From Acidobacteriota bacterium (GTDB lineage Bacteria; Acidobacteriota; UBA6911), in assembly GCA_963664705.1 (NCBI GenBank), contig OY761556.1, forward strand, positions 4,864,001-4,928,000: a DNA stretch of 64,000 bases, written 5' to 3'. Both the position numbers and the translations under genes were made by a program. Shown one piece after another: positions 50,713-59,628 of this stretch. Position 1 is the first letter of the stretch, and each line of letters begins with the position of its first letter. The notes below the pieces were generated by a model. That model made no database searches. It saw only the letters and a program-made list of their open reading frames with translations, and was not told the DNA's origin.

Positions 50713-51573
50713 GTGAGATATCTTTGCGCTCTAGCAATATTAGTTGGAATACCCCTTCAACCAATTTTTGCCCAGCAGAATCCCTATTTTGTGACCTATG
50801 ATCACCGGATGGAGGAGCCGCAGAATCTGGAAATCTCAACGCAGAGCACGGTGGGGATCCCGAAGGGCGATTTGCCTGGATACCTGGGCCAGCTCCTGGA
50901 GATTGAATATGGCGTGACGCCGCGCTGGTCCTCTGCGCTATATCTGGAAGGAGCCTCGCAGAGGCACGACAGCACCGTATTCACCGGATTCCGCCTGGAA
51001 AACCGTTTCAAGGTGCTGAAGGGAGAACACCGGATCAATCCTGTGCTCTATTTCGAATACGAGAACATTAACGAGGCAAGCCGGATCAAGAAGGAGATTT
51101 TGGGACATGCGGAGCCTTCCAACGAATCACTTCAGGAACCGAAACAGGAAACCGCGCGCGAGCTCGAGGCGAAACTTATCTTGTCCTCCGATATCAAGAG
51201 CTGGAATGTGGCCGGGAATTTTATCGTTGAAAAAAACCTGTCTGAAGACGAAGGATTTGAGTTTGGCTATACGTTGGGGATGTTTCATCCGCTGTCCGGC
51301 AAATCCGCCTGGTGCCGACTCTGCCAGAGCATTTCAGTCGGCGCTGAACTCTATGGCGGCCTTGGAAGCACCGATCAATTCGGTTTCAAGGACACGGCCC
51401 ATTATATTGCACCTCTGCTCGTCTGGAACTTTGCGGCCAATCAAGCGGTCAAGGTATCGCCTGGCTTTGGCTTGACGACCGTCAGCGATCGCATGCTCCT
51501 GCGCTTCGGCTACGTCTATGAGTTGAATGGCTTTGGTCACAGAGTTTCAAAGCTGTTTCGATCCAGGAGTTGA
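50713..51573 (+). CDS. Putative outer-membrane beta-barrel protein
   Basis: GGAGG RBS + GTG; signal peptide; EIEYGVT, NPVLYFEYE, AELYGGLG; alternating beta-strands. Confidence 0.65.
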   Translation: MRYLCALAILVGIPLQPIFAQQNPYFVTYDHRMEEPQNLEISTQSTVGIPKGDLPGYLGQLLEIEYGVTPRWSSALYLEGASQRHDSTVFTGFRLENRFKVLKGEHRINPVLYFEYENINEASRIKKEILGHAEPSNESLQEPKQETARELEAKLILSSDIKSWNVAGNFIVEKNLSEDEGFEFGYTLGMFHPLSGKSAWCRLCQSISVGAELYGGLGSTDQFGFKDTAHYIAPLLVWNFAANQAVKVSPGFGLTTVSDRMLLRFGYVYELNGFGHRVSKLFRSRS

Positions 51574-51577
51574 AGCC

Positions 51578-51781
51578 ATGAGCCGCGACATGGATCTCCG
51601 CGAAGTATACGGCGCCAAAACCCAATCCCGATCCTGCACAAATGAAATGCGCTGCTGTTGCGGCAGTCTGTTGGCGCGTCTCGTACCCGGCGGGGTGGAA
51701 CTAAAGTGTCGGCGCTGTAAACGAACCATCTTTTTGAACCTGAAATCTCCGGAGAAAACCGGTTCTTTTCCGAACGTCTGA
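51578..51781 (+). CDS. Small zinc-ribbon protein (Mu Com-like)
   Basis: EMRCCCGSLLARLVPGGVELKCRRCKR; AGGAG RBS. Confidence 0.65.
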   Translation: MSRDMDLREVYGAKTQSRSCTNEMRCCCGSLLARLVPGGVELKCRRCKRTIFLNLKSPEKTGSFPNV

Positions 51782-51893
51782 CCCGTGCAGACGCCTCCAA
51801 TGAACATAACCAGAGCGGCCAGCGGTCAAACAGCACCCAGAGCCCAGGCCACCGCCACGATCCGTGATTTGTGGCGGAGGAAAGGACTCTCTG

Positions 51894-52766
51894 ATGACCG
51901 CAGTACGTTTGTTGCATTTCATATTCCGTCCGGCTCTGTTGAGCCTGGCACTCGTCTGTGCCGTTCCCTTCCCTGCCCGCGCTGATAACGCGAATCCATT
52001 TGCCCTGGAGCGAGACGAAAAGATCCGGGACAATCTCTTCCTCCTGGAAGAGGCATACAACCAGGAACCCGGCGTCATTCAGCATATTCAGGCATTCAGT
52101 CTCAATCCTCAAACCAGGAGCTGGAACTACAGCTTCACGGAAGAATGGCCTGTTCCCACCGATCGGCATCAACTGTCTTTGACCATTCCGGCAATGAATC
52201 AGGGACAAGCAAGCTCCAGCGCGGTCGGGGATTTGCTCATCAATTATCGCCTTCAGGCAATTGGAGCTGGAGGTACGGGCCGCCGGATCGCAATGGCTCC
52301 AAGGCTATCGCTGGTCTTGCCTACGGGAAAATACCAGAACGGCAACGGACGCGGAGGCACCGGGTTTCAACTTAATCTGCCAATCAGCCTGGAAATCGGA
52401 GACCACTTCGTTGCGCACTGGAATGCCGGATTTACGACGACTCCATCCGCAAAATCTCCGGCCGGCTATTCGGCCTTCGCCCTCGATATCAATGCCGGAG
52501 CAGCCCTGATATGGCTTCCGCTCTCCTGGGCGAACCCGCTCATCGAGGTTGTGCATCTGTCGTCACAGGAGATCAGAGAGGACGGGACTCGCCCCCGAAG
52601 CTCCACAGCAATCATCAATCCCGGAATTCGCTTCGCGCTCAACCATCGCTCGGGACTGCAGATAGTTCCCGGGATATCCATACCGGTGCAATTGGACCGC
52701 ACTGGAGCCAAAGCTTCTGTTCTGTTCTATCTCTCCCTTGAACATCCGCTGGGGAGACGGCGCTGA
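51894..52766 (+). CDS. Putative outer-membrane transporter (MetA-pathway/phenol-degradation barrel-like)
   Basis: Signal peptide; DNLFLLEEAYNQEPGVIQH, GDLLINYR, LPTG, YLSLEH. Confidence 0.7.
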   Translation: MTAVRLLHFIFRPALLSLALVCAVPFPARADNANPFALERDEKIRDNLFLLEEAYNQEPGVIQHIQAFSLNPQTRSWNYSFTEEWPVPTDRHQLSLTIPAMNQGQASSSAVGDLLINYRLQAIGAGGTGRRIAMAPRLSLVLPTGKYQNGNGRGGTGFQLNLPISLEIGDHFVAHWNAGFTTTPSAKSPAGYSAFALDINAGAALIWLPLSWANPLIEVVHLSSQEIREDGTRPRSSTAIINPGIRFALNHRSGLQIVPGISIPVQLDRTGAKASVLFYLSLEHPLGRRR

Positions 52767-52785
52767 TCCATTATTTCTTCTCTGT

Positions 52786-53742
52786 TTAAATCTGAGGCGG
52801 TTGGCCTGCACGGCTGCCCTCCGCCGGAAACAAAAACGAGGCAACCACGGAAAGGAAAAGCAATGCCGCCACGATCCCCAGGGACAACGCAATGGGCACA
52901 TGGAAAAAGCCGGCGATCAGCATCTTGATTCCTACGAACGCCAGCACAAGTCCAAGGCCGACCTTCAGGAATCTGAATTTCCCAATCATCCCGGCCAAAA
53001 GGAAATACAGTGCGCGCAATCCGAGAATGGCAAAAATATTGGATGTGAACACAATAAAGGGATCCGTCGTGACAGCAAAAATCGCGGGAATGGAGTCTAC
53101 CGCAAAGACGATGTCGGTGGCTTCAATGGCCAAAAGCACCATCAGCAGGGGGGTGGCATATCGTCGCCCCGCTTCCTTCACGGTGAACCTGGCGCCCCGA
53201 TAGTCCGGAACGGACGGGATAATCCGGCGCGATAGACGGAGTACGATATTACGCTCCGGGCTTATATTGCCTCCCTCTCGTGCTGCCAATAGTTTGATGC
53301 CGGTGAAAACCAGGAACGCTCCGAAGATATAGATCACCCACTGGAACTGCTGGATGAGTGCCGCGCCGGCCATAATAAAGCCCGCGCGCATGAGGAGCGC
53401 TCCGACGATGCCCCAGAAAAGCACTCTGTGCTGAAGCTGTGTCGGAACGGCAAAATATGAAAACAAAACCAGGAAAACAAAAAGATTGTCGACCGAAAGA
53501 GCCTTCTCGATCAGGTACCCGGTCAGAAATTCGAGTGCGCGGTCCTGTCCAAACCAGAAATAAACGCCCGCGTTAAACAAAATTGCAAGTCCGATCCAAA
53601 CCACCGACCAGGCAAGCGCTTCACGCATTTTTACGGCGTGTGCATTGCGGTGGAACACCCCGAGATCCAGGGCGAGCATCGCAAGAACGAAAATAGTGAA
53701 CCCTATCCACATCGCGGGCGTTCCGATACTCACAGCCACCAT
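52786..53742 (-). CDS. terC: TerC/Alx family metal-homeostasis membrane protein
   Basis: GYLIEKALSVDNLFVF, QHRVLFWG, DIVFAVDSIPA, SNIFAILGLRALY. Confidence 0.92.
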   Translation of the reverse strand: MVAVSIGTPAMWIGFTIFVLAMLALDLGVFHRNAHAVKMREALAWSVVWIGLAILFNAGVYFWFGQDRALEFLTGYLIEKALSVDNLFVFLVLFSYFAVPTQLQHRVLFWGIVGALLMRAGFIMAGAALIQQFQWVIYIFGAFLVFTGIKLLAAREGGNISPERNIVLRLSRRIIPSVPDYRGARFTVKEAGRRYATPLLMVLLAIEATDIVFAVDSIPAIFAVTTDPFIVFTSNIFAILGLRALYFLLAGMIGKFRFLKVGLGLVLAFVGIKMLIAGFFHVPIALSLGIVAALLFLSVVASFLFPAEGSRAGQPPQI

Positions 53743-53779
53743 TTCAATTCTCCCGACAAAGCTATGGCACGCATCCGGT

Positions 53780-54049
53780 TCACAGCGCACTCCCGGCAAC
53801 TCGCGGCTTTCCGTGAGTTGGCACCGATTTCTGTCGATAGCGCTTCGGGGCTTGTGACGGCCAATGTACCTCCAATTCGAGATCCACCTCTCCGAGACAG
53901 ATCTCCAATTCCTCTTCAACCACTACATGATCCGGGATCTGGATTGACTTGCTTCCGATCTTGACCGGCTTGCCCACGGATATCTGCAGCGCAAGATAGT
54001 GAAGCCGTCGCGCCAGGGCATAGCGGCTCAATTTCCGTTTTGTTTTCAT
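53780..54049 (-). CDS. Amphi-Trp domain-like small protein
   Basis: LSR..LA..L..LA, then beta-rich ...ELELEVHW; GGAG RBS. Confidence 0.6.
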   Translation of the reverse strand: MKTKRKLSRYALARRLHYLALQISVGKPVKIGSKSIQIPDHVVVEEELEICLGEVDLELEVHWPSQAPKRYRQKSVPTHGKPRVAGSAL

Positions 54050-54136
54050 ACGGCCATCTCCATTTGCAAAGCACCTCTATTGTCAGAATACGGAACGGGC
54101 CTTCACTTAGACAAACAGATAAAATAACCTTATTTA

Positions 54137-54151
54137 TTCGATTTAATCGAA
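54137..54151. promoter_or_regulatory. LysR/NhaR-type operator between divergent genes
   Basis: Perfect palindrome ttcgatt-t-aatcgaa (T-N11-A). Confidence 0.6.
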
Positions 54152-54164
54152 GTATAGTTCCGTA

Positions 54165-55103
54165 ATGGAATGGATCAACTACCACCATCTGCTCTATTTC
54201 TGGATCGTATCCCGGGAAGGGAATCTTGCACGTGCGAGCGCAGAGTTGCGCCTCGCCCAATCAACCGTGAGCAAGCAGATCCATCAGCTCGAGGCGATGC
54301 TTGGCCACAAGCTTTTCTCCAAAACCGGTCGCCGGCTGGTGTTGACCGAAAGCGGCCGCGTGGTCTTCCGGTATGCCGAAGAGATTTTCGGTCTTGGCCG
54401 GGAGATGGTCGATACCCTCGGAGATCGCCCGGTCGGAAAGCCGCTTCGGGTAACAGTCGGAGTTGCTGACATTGTCCCCAAACTGGTGGCCGAGCACGTT
54501 CTGGCTCCCGCCCTAAAGTTGACGGGGCAAGTGCGGCTGATATGCAGGGAGGACAAACCGGATCGCCTGCTGGCCAATCTGGCTCTGCATGAATTGGATG
54601 TTATTTTGACGGATGCTCCGGCCAGTCCGCAGGTAAACATCCGCGCATTCAGCCATTTGCTGGGATCTTCAGAGGTCGCCTTTTTCGGCCGATCGGAGCT
54701 CGTGTCGAGATATCGTCGCAATTTCCCGGCCTCGCTGAATAGCGCACCGGTCCTCCTCCCGACGGAGAACACCATGATGCGCAGGTCCCTGGAGCAGTGG
54801 TTTGAATCGGAAGGGATCCGGCCGGATGTTGTCGGAGAATTTGAAGACAGTGCGCTTCTAAACGTATTTGGGTTTCGAGGGGCAGGGCTGTTCCCGGCAG
54901 CCTCGGTGATCTCCAGGGAGCTCGAAAAGCAATACAAAGTCCGTTGCGCCGGCATCGTAGCGGGCGTTCAAGAACGGCTCTATGCGGTCACGGTGGAACG
55001 ACGGATAAAACATCCGACAGTCGCCGCGATCATCAAGGCAGCCGAGACTTGGTTTAAGCCGGCCCAGGGCGGAAGCCGGGAAATAGTTTCCACGCATCCT
55101 TAG
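54165..55103 (+). CDS. nhaR: LysR-family transcriptional activator NhaR
   Basis: MEWINYHHLLYFW, YAEEIF.LG.E, GVADIVPK, GEFEDSALL, ERRIKHP. Confidence 0.88.
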   Translation: MEWINYHHLLYFWIVSREGNLARASAELRLAQSTVSKQIHQLEAMLGHKLFSKTGRRLVLTESGRVVFRYAEEIFGLGREMVDTLGDRPVGKPLRVTVGVADIVPKLVAEHVLAPALKLTGQVRLICREDKPDRLLANLALHELDVILTDAPASPQVNIRAFSHLLGSSEVAFFGRSELVSRYRRNFPASLNSAPVLLPTENTMMRRSLEQWFESEGIRPDVVGEFEDSALLNVFGFRGAGLFPAASVISRELEKQYKVRCAGIVAGVQERLYAVTVERRIKHPTVAAIIKAAETWFKPAQGGSREIVSTHP

Positions 55104-55344
55104 GCACTTCAGAAGATAGCCTGAATTTTCGAATGGCAACGCTTCCGTTGCAAAAATGCCCCCGCTTGTCGGGTGTCCCGCCGCGGTCTTAATCCACACG
55201 AAAGGCTGGCTTTACACTCCTTGTCGTATAACTGTCGCATTCCTGACATTCCCGTTCTCAGGGGCTGCGGATACCCTTCAGCTCAACGCGGTGGCGTTCC
55301 TGCCACACGCAATGGACGACCGCATGGTCCGAAGGGAGGATGTT

Positions 55345-56400
55345 TTGAAGAAACAGGATATCTTGCGCGCCTGGGGGCGCATTCTTGTTGGGAAAGCACC
55401 ATCCATGTCGATTGAGATAACGCGACGATGTCCCCTGTCGTGTCCCGGCTGCTATGCTTATCAGAACTCCCACCTCGCCAGGGAGGGTTCCCTGACCAAT
55501 GCCCGGGAATTTGAGGGAGAACAGCTTATCCGGGGAGTTCTCTCTCTGGTTGACCGGCATCGGCCGCTGCACCTGTCCATCGTAGGAGGCGAGCCGCTGG
55601 TCCGTCAGCGGGAGATAACAGCGCTCCTGCCGGAGTTGGAAAGAAGGAAGATCCATACGCAGATTGTGACAAGCGCGGTCAGTCCTATTCCGATCGAATG
55701 GAGCCATTTCCGCCACCTCACCCTGGTCGTCTCCGTTGACGGCCTGCCTTCAGAACATGACCGGCGCCGGGCCCCTGCAACCTACAACCGGATCCTAAAC
55801 CACATGCGCGGACACTTGATTACGGTCCATTGCACGATTACGCGACAGATGACTCAACGGCCGGGTTATCTTCGGGAATTTCTCGATTTCTGGTCGGAAA
55901 GGGATGAAGTTCGCAAGATCTGGATGAGCTTATATACTCCCCAAATCGGCGAATCGCGTCCGGAGCTAATTCCTCAGGATCTGCGAAAAAGAGTGATCGA
56001 CGAACTTACTATACTCAATGACGAATTCGCAAAACTTGAACTCCCGCCGGGCTTGCTGCAGGCTTACAGGACGCCACCAGCCGGGCCACGTCATTGCGTA
56101 TTCGCTCTGACCACGCAAACAATTTCGTCCGACCTTACGACCAGGGTAATCCCTTGTCAGCTTGGAGGAAGGCCCGACTGCCATCAGTGCGGTTGCATTG
56201 CGGCGGCTGGCATGCTAGCGATCAGTCGGCACCGCCTACCGGGTGGGATCCAGGCCGGCACCATTTTCACTTTATCCCATGCTTTCGGGCTTCAACTGAG
56301 AAAATGGCTCGACAATACCGCTCTATCGCGGCCGATCATGGAAGGCAATCCAATTCCGCGTATTGGTCAGAACGCGGAAATCCGAATCGATGGCGCCTGA
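55345..56400 (+). CDS. Radical SAM protein with C-terminal Cys cluster (HpnH-like architecture)
   Basis: CPLSCPGC, GGEPL, SVDG, C-terminal C..PC....DCHQCGC; GGAGG RBS before TTG 55345. Confidence 0.85.
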   Translation: MKKQDILRAWGRILVGKAPSMSIEITRRCPLSCPGCYAYQNSHLAREGSLTNAREFEGEQLIRGVLSLVDRHRPLHLSIVGGEPLVRQREITALLPELERRKIHTQIVTSAVSPIPIEWSHFRHLTLVVSVDGLPSEHDRRRAPATYNRILNHMRGHLITVHCTITRQMTQRPGYLREFLDFWSERDEVRKIWMSLYTPQIGESRPELIPQDLRKRVIDELTILNDEFAKLELPPGLLQAYRTPPAGPRHCVFALTTQTISSDLTTRVIPCQLGGRPDCHQCGCIAAAGMLAISRHRLPGGIQAGTIFTLSHAFGLQLRKWLDNTALSRPIMEGNPIPRIGQNAEIRIDGA

Positions 56401-56435
56401 ATCGGTCCGAAGATCAATGGGTGGTGGAGCGTGCC

Positions 56436-57329
56436 CTAGAATACGCGCTTTACGGAGGTCCCAACTTTCGAAACAAAGCTGCCGGTCTTCCGGGCCGCGA
56501 GATCCAGCGCCTGTCTGACCGCACCCAGCTCCGGTTCATCCTGGGGCCGGTTTATCGCAAGAACCGGAAGCTCGCTTGAACGAACGGGCATCTCCGCCAT
56601 TACCAGTTCGGATTGCAGGGTATGCGAATGCGGAAGTGAATCGAAAAATGCAGAGGCCTGAGAACTCTGGATCATTTCTCTTGAACCAGCATCGGAGGAC
56701 ACCACAGGTTGCGGCTCCTCAGGAATTGATTGCCGCAGGCTTACAGGGTGCTTGGATGCTGCTGCATTGACGGGTTGAGTTCTGACTTTTGCCGCTGGCT
56801 TTTCCAGTCGTGCATCGGCAATCAGCGGCACAGTATTGGGAGGTATTTCGACAGCCCGTGAAACCACCGCAGGCTTCGAAGACTCCAGGGAATGGGATTT
56901 CCCTCTTATCCCAAAATGAGTTGTGAGGATGGCTCCCGCTGCCAGACCTAAAATCAAGGTGCATACCGACAGGAAAGACCTCGTCCACACCGGCCGCACC
57001 CATTGCCGGGTCGGGTTGACCGGAATCGTCTCCAACTCCTGTCCGGAGGTCATGATGACTGCCCCCTCCGCAACCTGAGCTTCATGATCGGAATCAGGCG
57101 AGGACTCCGATCCAAGCAGTTGGGCGAAATCCGTTTCGAAAGCTACCGCAATCGCTCTCAACGTTTCAAAAGAGGCGCTGCTTGCAGTCTCGGCTCTCTG
57201 TATGGTCCGGGCACTGACGCCGGCAATTTCCGCAAGTTGTTCCTGGGTCCAGCCACGCTGGATGCGCAGAATTTTGATTTTGGGGCCATCAGGGTTGAGC
57301 TTGCCTCGCATCGGATCTCCCAATGTCAC
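56436..57329 (-). CDS. XRE-family HTH protein with TM helix and low-complexity C-terminus
   Basis: IKILRIQRGWTQEQLAEIAGVSARTIQRAE; hydrophobic FLSVCTLILGLAAGAILT. Confidence 0.75.
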   Translation of the reverse strand: MTLGDPMRGKLNPDGPKIKILRIQRGWTQEQLAEIAGVSARTIQRAETASSASFETLRAIAVAFETDFAQLLGSESSPDSDHEAQVAEGAVIMTSGQELETIPVNPTRQWVRPVWTRSFLSVCTLILGLAAGAILTTHFGIRGKSHSLESSKPAVVSRAVEIPPNTVPLIADARLEKPAAKVRTQPVNAAASKHPVSLRQSIPEEPQPVVSSDAGSREMIQSSQASAFFDSLPHSHTLQSELVMAEMPVRSSELPVLAINRPQDEPELGAVRQALDLAARKTGSFVSKVGTSVKRVF

Positions 57330-57466
57330 TCGAGTTCATTGACGGACTCAAAGCTCACCAACAATACGCCCGCCATGCCGGATTGTATAGAATAAATCAG
57401 CCGCCGTCCTGATCCGGAATTGCAGCAAACACATGTTTCCCGGGTTTGTTTAGCCAAGGAGAGGGC

Positions 57467-57703
57467 TTAGTTCATTTTTTGGATAGAGGATATTTCCACG
57501 TTTGCGGAATTCAGCAGAGCGCGTACCCGCGGTTCATCGCACCAATCGAAGCGCAGCGCCATCCCGCAGTCGCTCGAAAACTCACGGGGTGTGGGAATTA
57601 ATTTGACCGAAAATCCATCCTTCAGCAGAAGCTTTTCCGAACGCAATGCCGCCGAACTTGTGTAAAACAGAATCACACCAAATATTTTGATCTCTTGAGG
57701 CAT
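57467..57703 (-). CDS. DUF3343 family protein (putative Se/S carrier)
   Basis: F.TSSAALRSEKLL..IPTPREFSSDCGMALRF. Confidence 0.88.
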   Translation of the reverse strand: MPQEIKIFGVILFYTSSAALRSEKLLLKDGFSVKLIPTPREFSSDCGMALRFDWCDEPRVRALLNSANVEISSIQKMN

Positions 57704-57709
57704 AGTGCA

Positions 57710-58852
57710 CTATTGAAGAATTTTATTTACCGCGTCGACCGCCAGATCCACTTCTTCCTTCGTTGCCTCCAATCCCAAGGCTAAACGAACAGTACCGTCA
57801 GGAAATGTCCCGATCGTACGATGAGCCGCCGGCGCACAGTGTAAGCCAACACGGCTCAGGATTCCAAATTCATCGTCCAGACGCAATCCAATTTCGGAGA
57901 CGCGATGCCGGGCTGCAGTGAAGGAAACAATCGATGTACGCCGAGTCACATCCGCAGGGCCGTAGATGTCGACTCCATCCATATTCGCCAACCCTTCAAT
58001 GAGCCGCCGGGTCAACTCAATTTCCCTTGCGCGAATCGCCTCAATTCCTCTTTCCATTATGTACTGAAGGCCGGCGCCAAGTCCGGCAATTCCCGGGCCG
58101 TTCAAAGTACCGCTTTCAAATTTATCCGGCAAATCTTCAGGCTGTATCTCGAATTCAGAACGGCTCCCGGTGCCTCCGCGCCAGAGGGGCTTCATCTCTT
58201 CAGGATGCGCTGCGCTTCCGATTATCAATCCGCCGGTTCCCTGCGGCCCCTGCAATCCCTTATGCCCGGTGAAGGCCAAGAGATCGATGCCCATGGCGCC
58301 CATATCGATGGGCACAACACCCGCCGTTTGCGCCGCATCGACCAGCAACAATGCGCCTGCTTGATGGACTATCCTCGCAATCTCATGAATCGGAAGAATG
58401 GTGCCAACGACATTGCTGGCATGAGTAACCACCACCATTCGGGTAGAGGGACGCAATGCACTGGCAAAAGACTCCGGAGCCACAGAGCCATCCCGCGCAC
58501 AGGATATCACCGTTAGTTCGATCCCTTTTTTTTCGAGATCCCGCAGCGGCCTCATGACGGCATTGTGTTCCATCGAGCTTGTGATGACATGATCTCCCGG
58601 TCCTAAAATCCCGTAGAGACACAGATTGATTGCCTGGGTAGCGTTGGCTGTGAAGATTACTTTCAGGGGATCCGGGGCATTGAAGAAATTCGCCAGAGTT
58701 TCGCGCACGTTGTAGACGATGCGTCCGGCCTCGATGGACAAACGGTGCCCGGCACGACCCGGATTGCCGCCCCTCACCAGGAAATCTGCCATCGCATGGA
58801 GAACAGCGGGCGGTTTCGGCCAGGAGGTTGCGGCATGATCGAGATATATCAT
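57710..58852 (-). CDS. Cysteine desulfurase/selenocysteine lyase-like class V aminotransferase
   Basis: MIYLDHAATSWPKP, NPGR.GH, DAAQTAG, FTGHKGLQGPQG, RVGLHCAP. Confidence 0.92.
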   Translation of the reverse strand: MIYLDHAATSWPKPPAVLHAMADFLVRGGNPGRAGHRLSIEAGRIVYNVRETLANFFNAPDPLKVIFTANATQAINLCLYGILGPGDHVITSSMEHNAVMRPLRDLEKKGIELTVISCARDGSVAPESFASALRPSTRMVVVTHASNVVGTILPIHEIARIVHQAGALLLVDAAQTAGVVPIDMGAMGIDLLAFTGHKGLQGPQGTGGLIIGSAAHPEEMKPLWRGGTGSRSEFEIQPEDLPDKFESGTLNGPGIAGLGAGLQYIMERGIEAIRAREIELTRRLIEGLANMDGVDIYGPADVTRRTSIVSFTAARHRVSEIGLRLDDEFGILSRVGLHCAPAAHRTIGTFPDGTVRLALGLEATKEEVDLAVDAVNKILQ

Positions 58853-58858
58853 GGGCCT

Positions 58859-59581
58859 TTATTCCAGACAATTTTGCGACATCAAGGTCGCTTCATAGAA
58901 GTTCACACCCAGATAGCACCAAGTGCCATTTCGTCGGTACTGCGCCAGACCGCGTTGGGTGCGGCCGTCAAGGTAAGAGAACAGGCCCTCGGAAAAAGCA
59001 TCATACTCGGCGGGCTGGAAAGGCCGTTCGACCCTGGCCCTGCGTCGGAGAGTAAATCCTTTCCTTTCGAACAGCGGCATGACTCTCAACGGAAAGGCCC
59101 AATCGGTAATCAGCATATATAGCCGTCCGCCGGGCATGAGATAGCGTTCGGCTTTCGCGGCCAGTCTGCGCAGGTATTTGAGCCCATCAGGTCCCCCATA
59201 CCTGGCTGCGAGAATCGGTTTCGGAGCAGGAAGCTGCGGAAGGGTTGTGATGATAATGTCAAACCGTTCCCCTCGGACCGGAGCAAAGAGGGATCCGACG
59301 CGTCCATCAACCCGCGTGATGCCATTCCGGGCGGCATTCCGGAGTGCGCAGGTTACGGCGGCGGGATCAATATCGGTAAGGACGATTTCTCCCGCTCCGC
59401 GCACCGCAGTGGAAAGACCATAGCCTCCCGCCCCGCAGCCGAGGTCAAGAACTCTGTCGCCGCGCCGAACGCGTATCGCCGCCGCAACCGTATCCGCATA
59501 CGGATCCGGATGATGCACCGGCGAGTCCACCGATAGGGAAATTGGGCTGTGGGGAGGAACCTGCAACTTAAATTTTTTCAT
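58859..59581 (-). CDS. Class I SAM methyltransferase (HemK-like fold)
   Basis: VLDLGCGAG, TDID, GSLF, FDIIITTLPQLP, YGGPDG; start at 59581 or 59608. Confidence 0.8.
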   Translation of the reverse strand: MKKFKLQVPPHSPISLSVDSPVHHPDPYADTVAAAIRVRRGDRVLDLGCGAGGYGLSTAVRGAGEIVLTDIDPAAVTCALRNAARNGITRVDGRVGSLFAPVRGERFDIIITTLPQLPAPKPILAARYGGPDGLKYLRRLAAKAERYLMPGGRLYMLITDWAFPLRVMPLFERKGFTLRRRARVERPFQPAEYDAFSEGLFSYLDGRTQRGLAQYRRNGTWCYLGVNFYEATLMSQNCLE

Positions 59582-59628
59582 AAAAAAATCTCTTTGATAA
59601 AAAAACACTCAATCGAATTACATAATGG

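Noticed and set aside
51578-51781. Prophage remnant (Mu com/mom)
   Set aside because: No mom, structural, integrase or transposase genes nearby.
53765-53780. Sigma54 promoter (TGGCACG)
   Set aside because: No TTGC at -12, and the orientation does not fit a downstream gene.
53742-54140. yybP-ykoY Mn riboswitch upstream of terC
   Set aside because: The region directly upstream is occupied by the amphi-Trp ORF, and no riboswitch consensus was seen.
55156-55344. Long N-terminal extensions in the ORF track (also 7704, 9507, 25765, 27411, 42614, 50671, 53919)
   Set aside because: Downstream starts have better RBSs or match family N-termini, so coordinates were trimmed.
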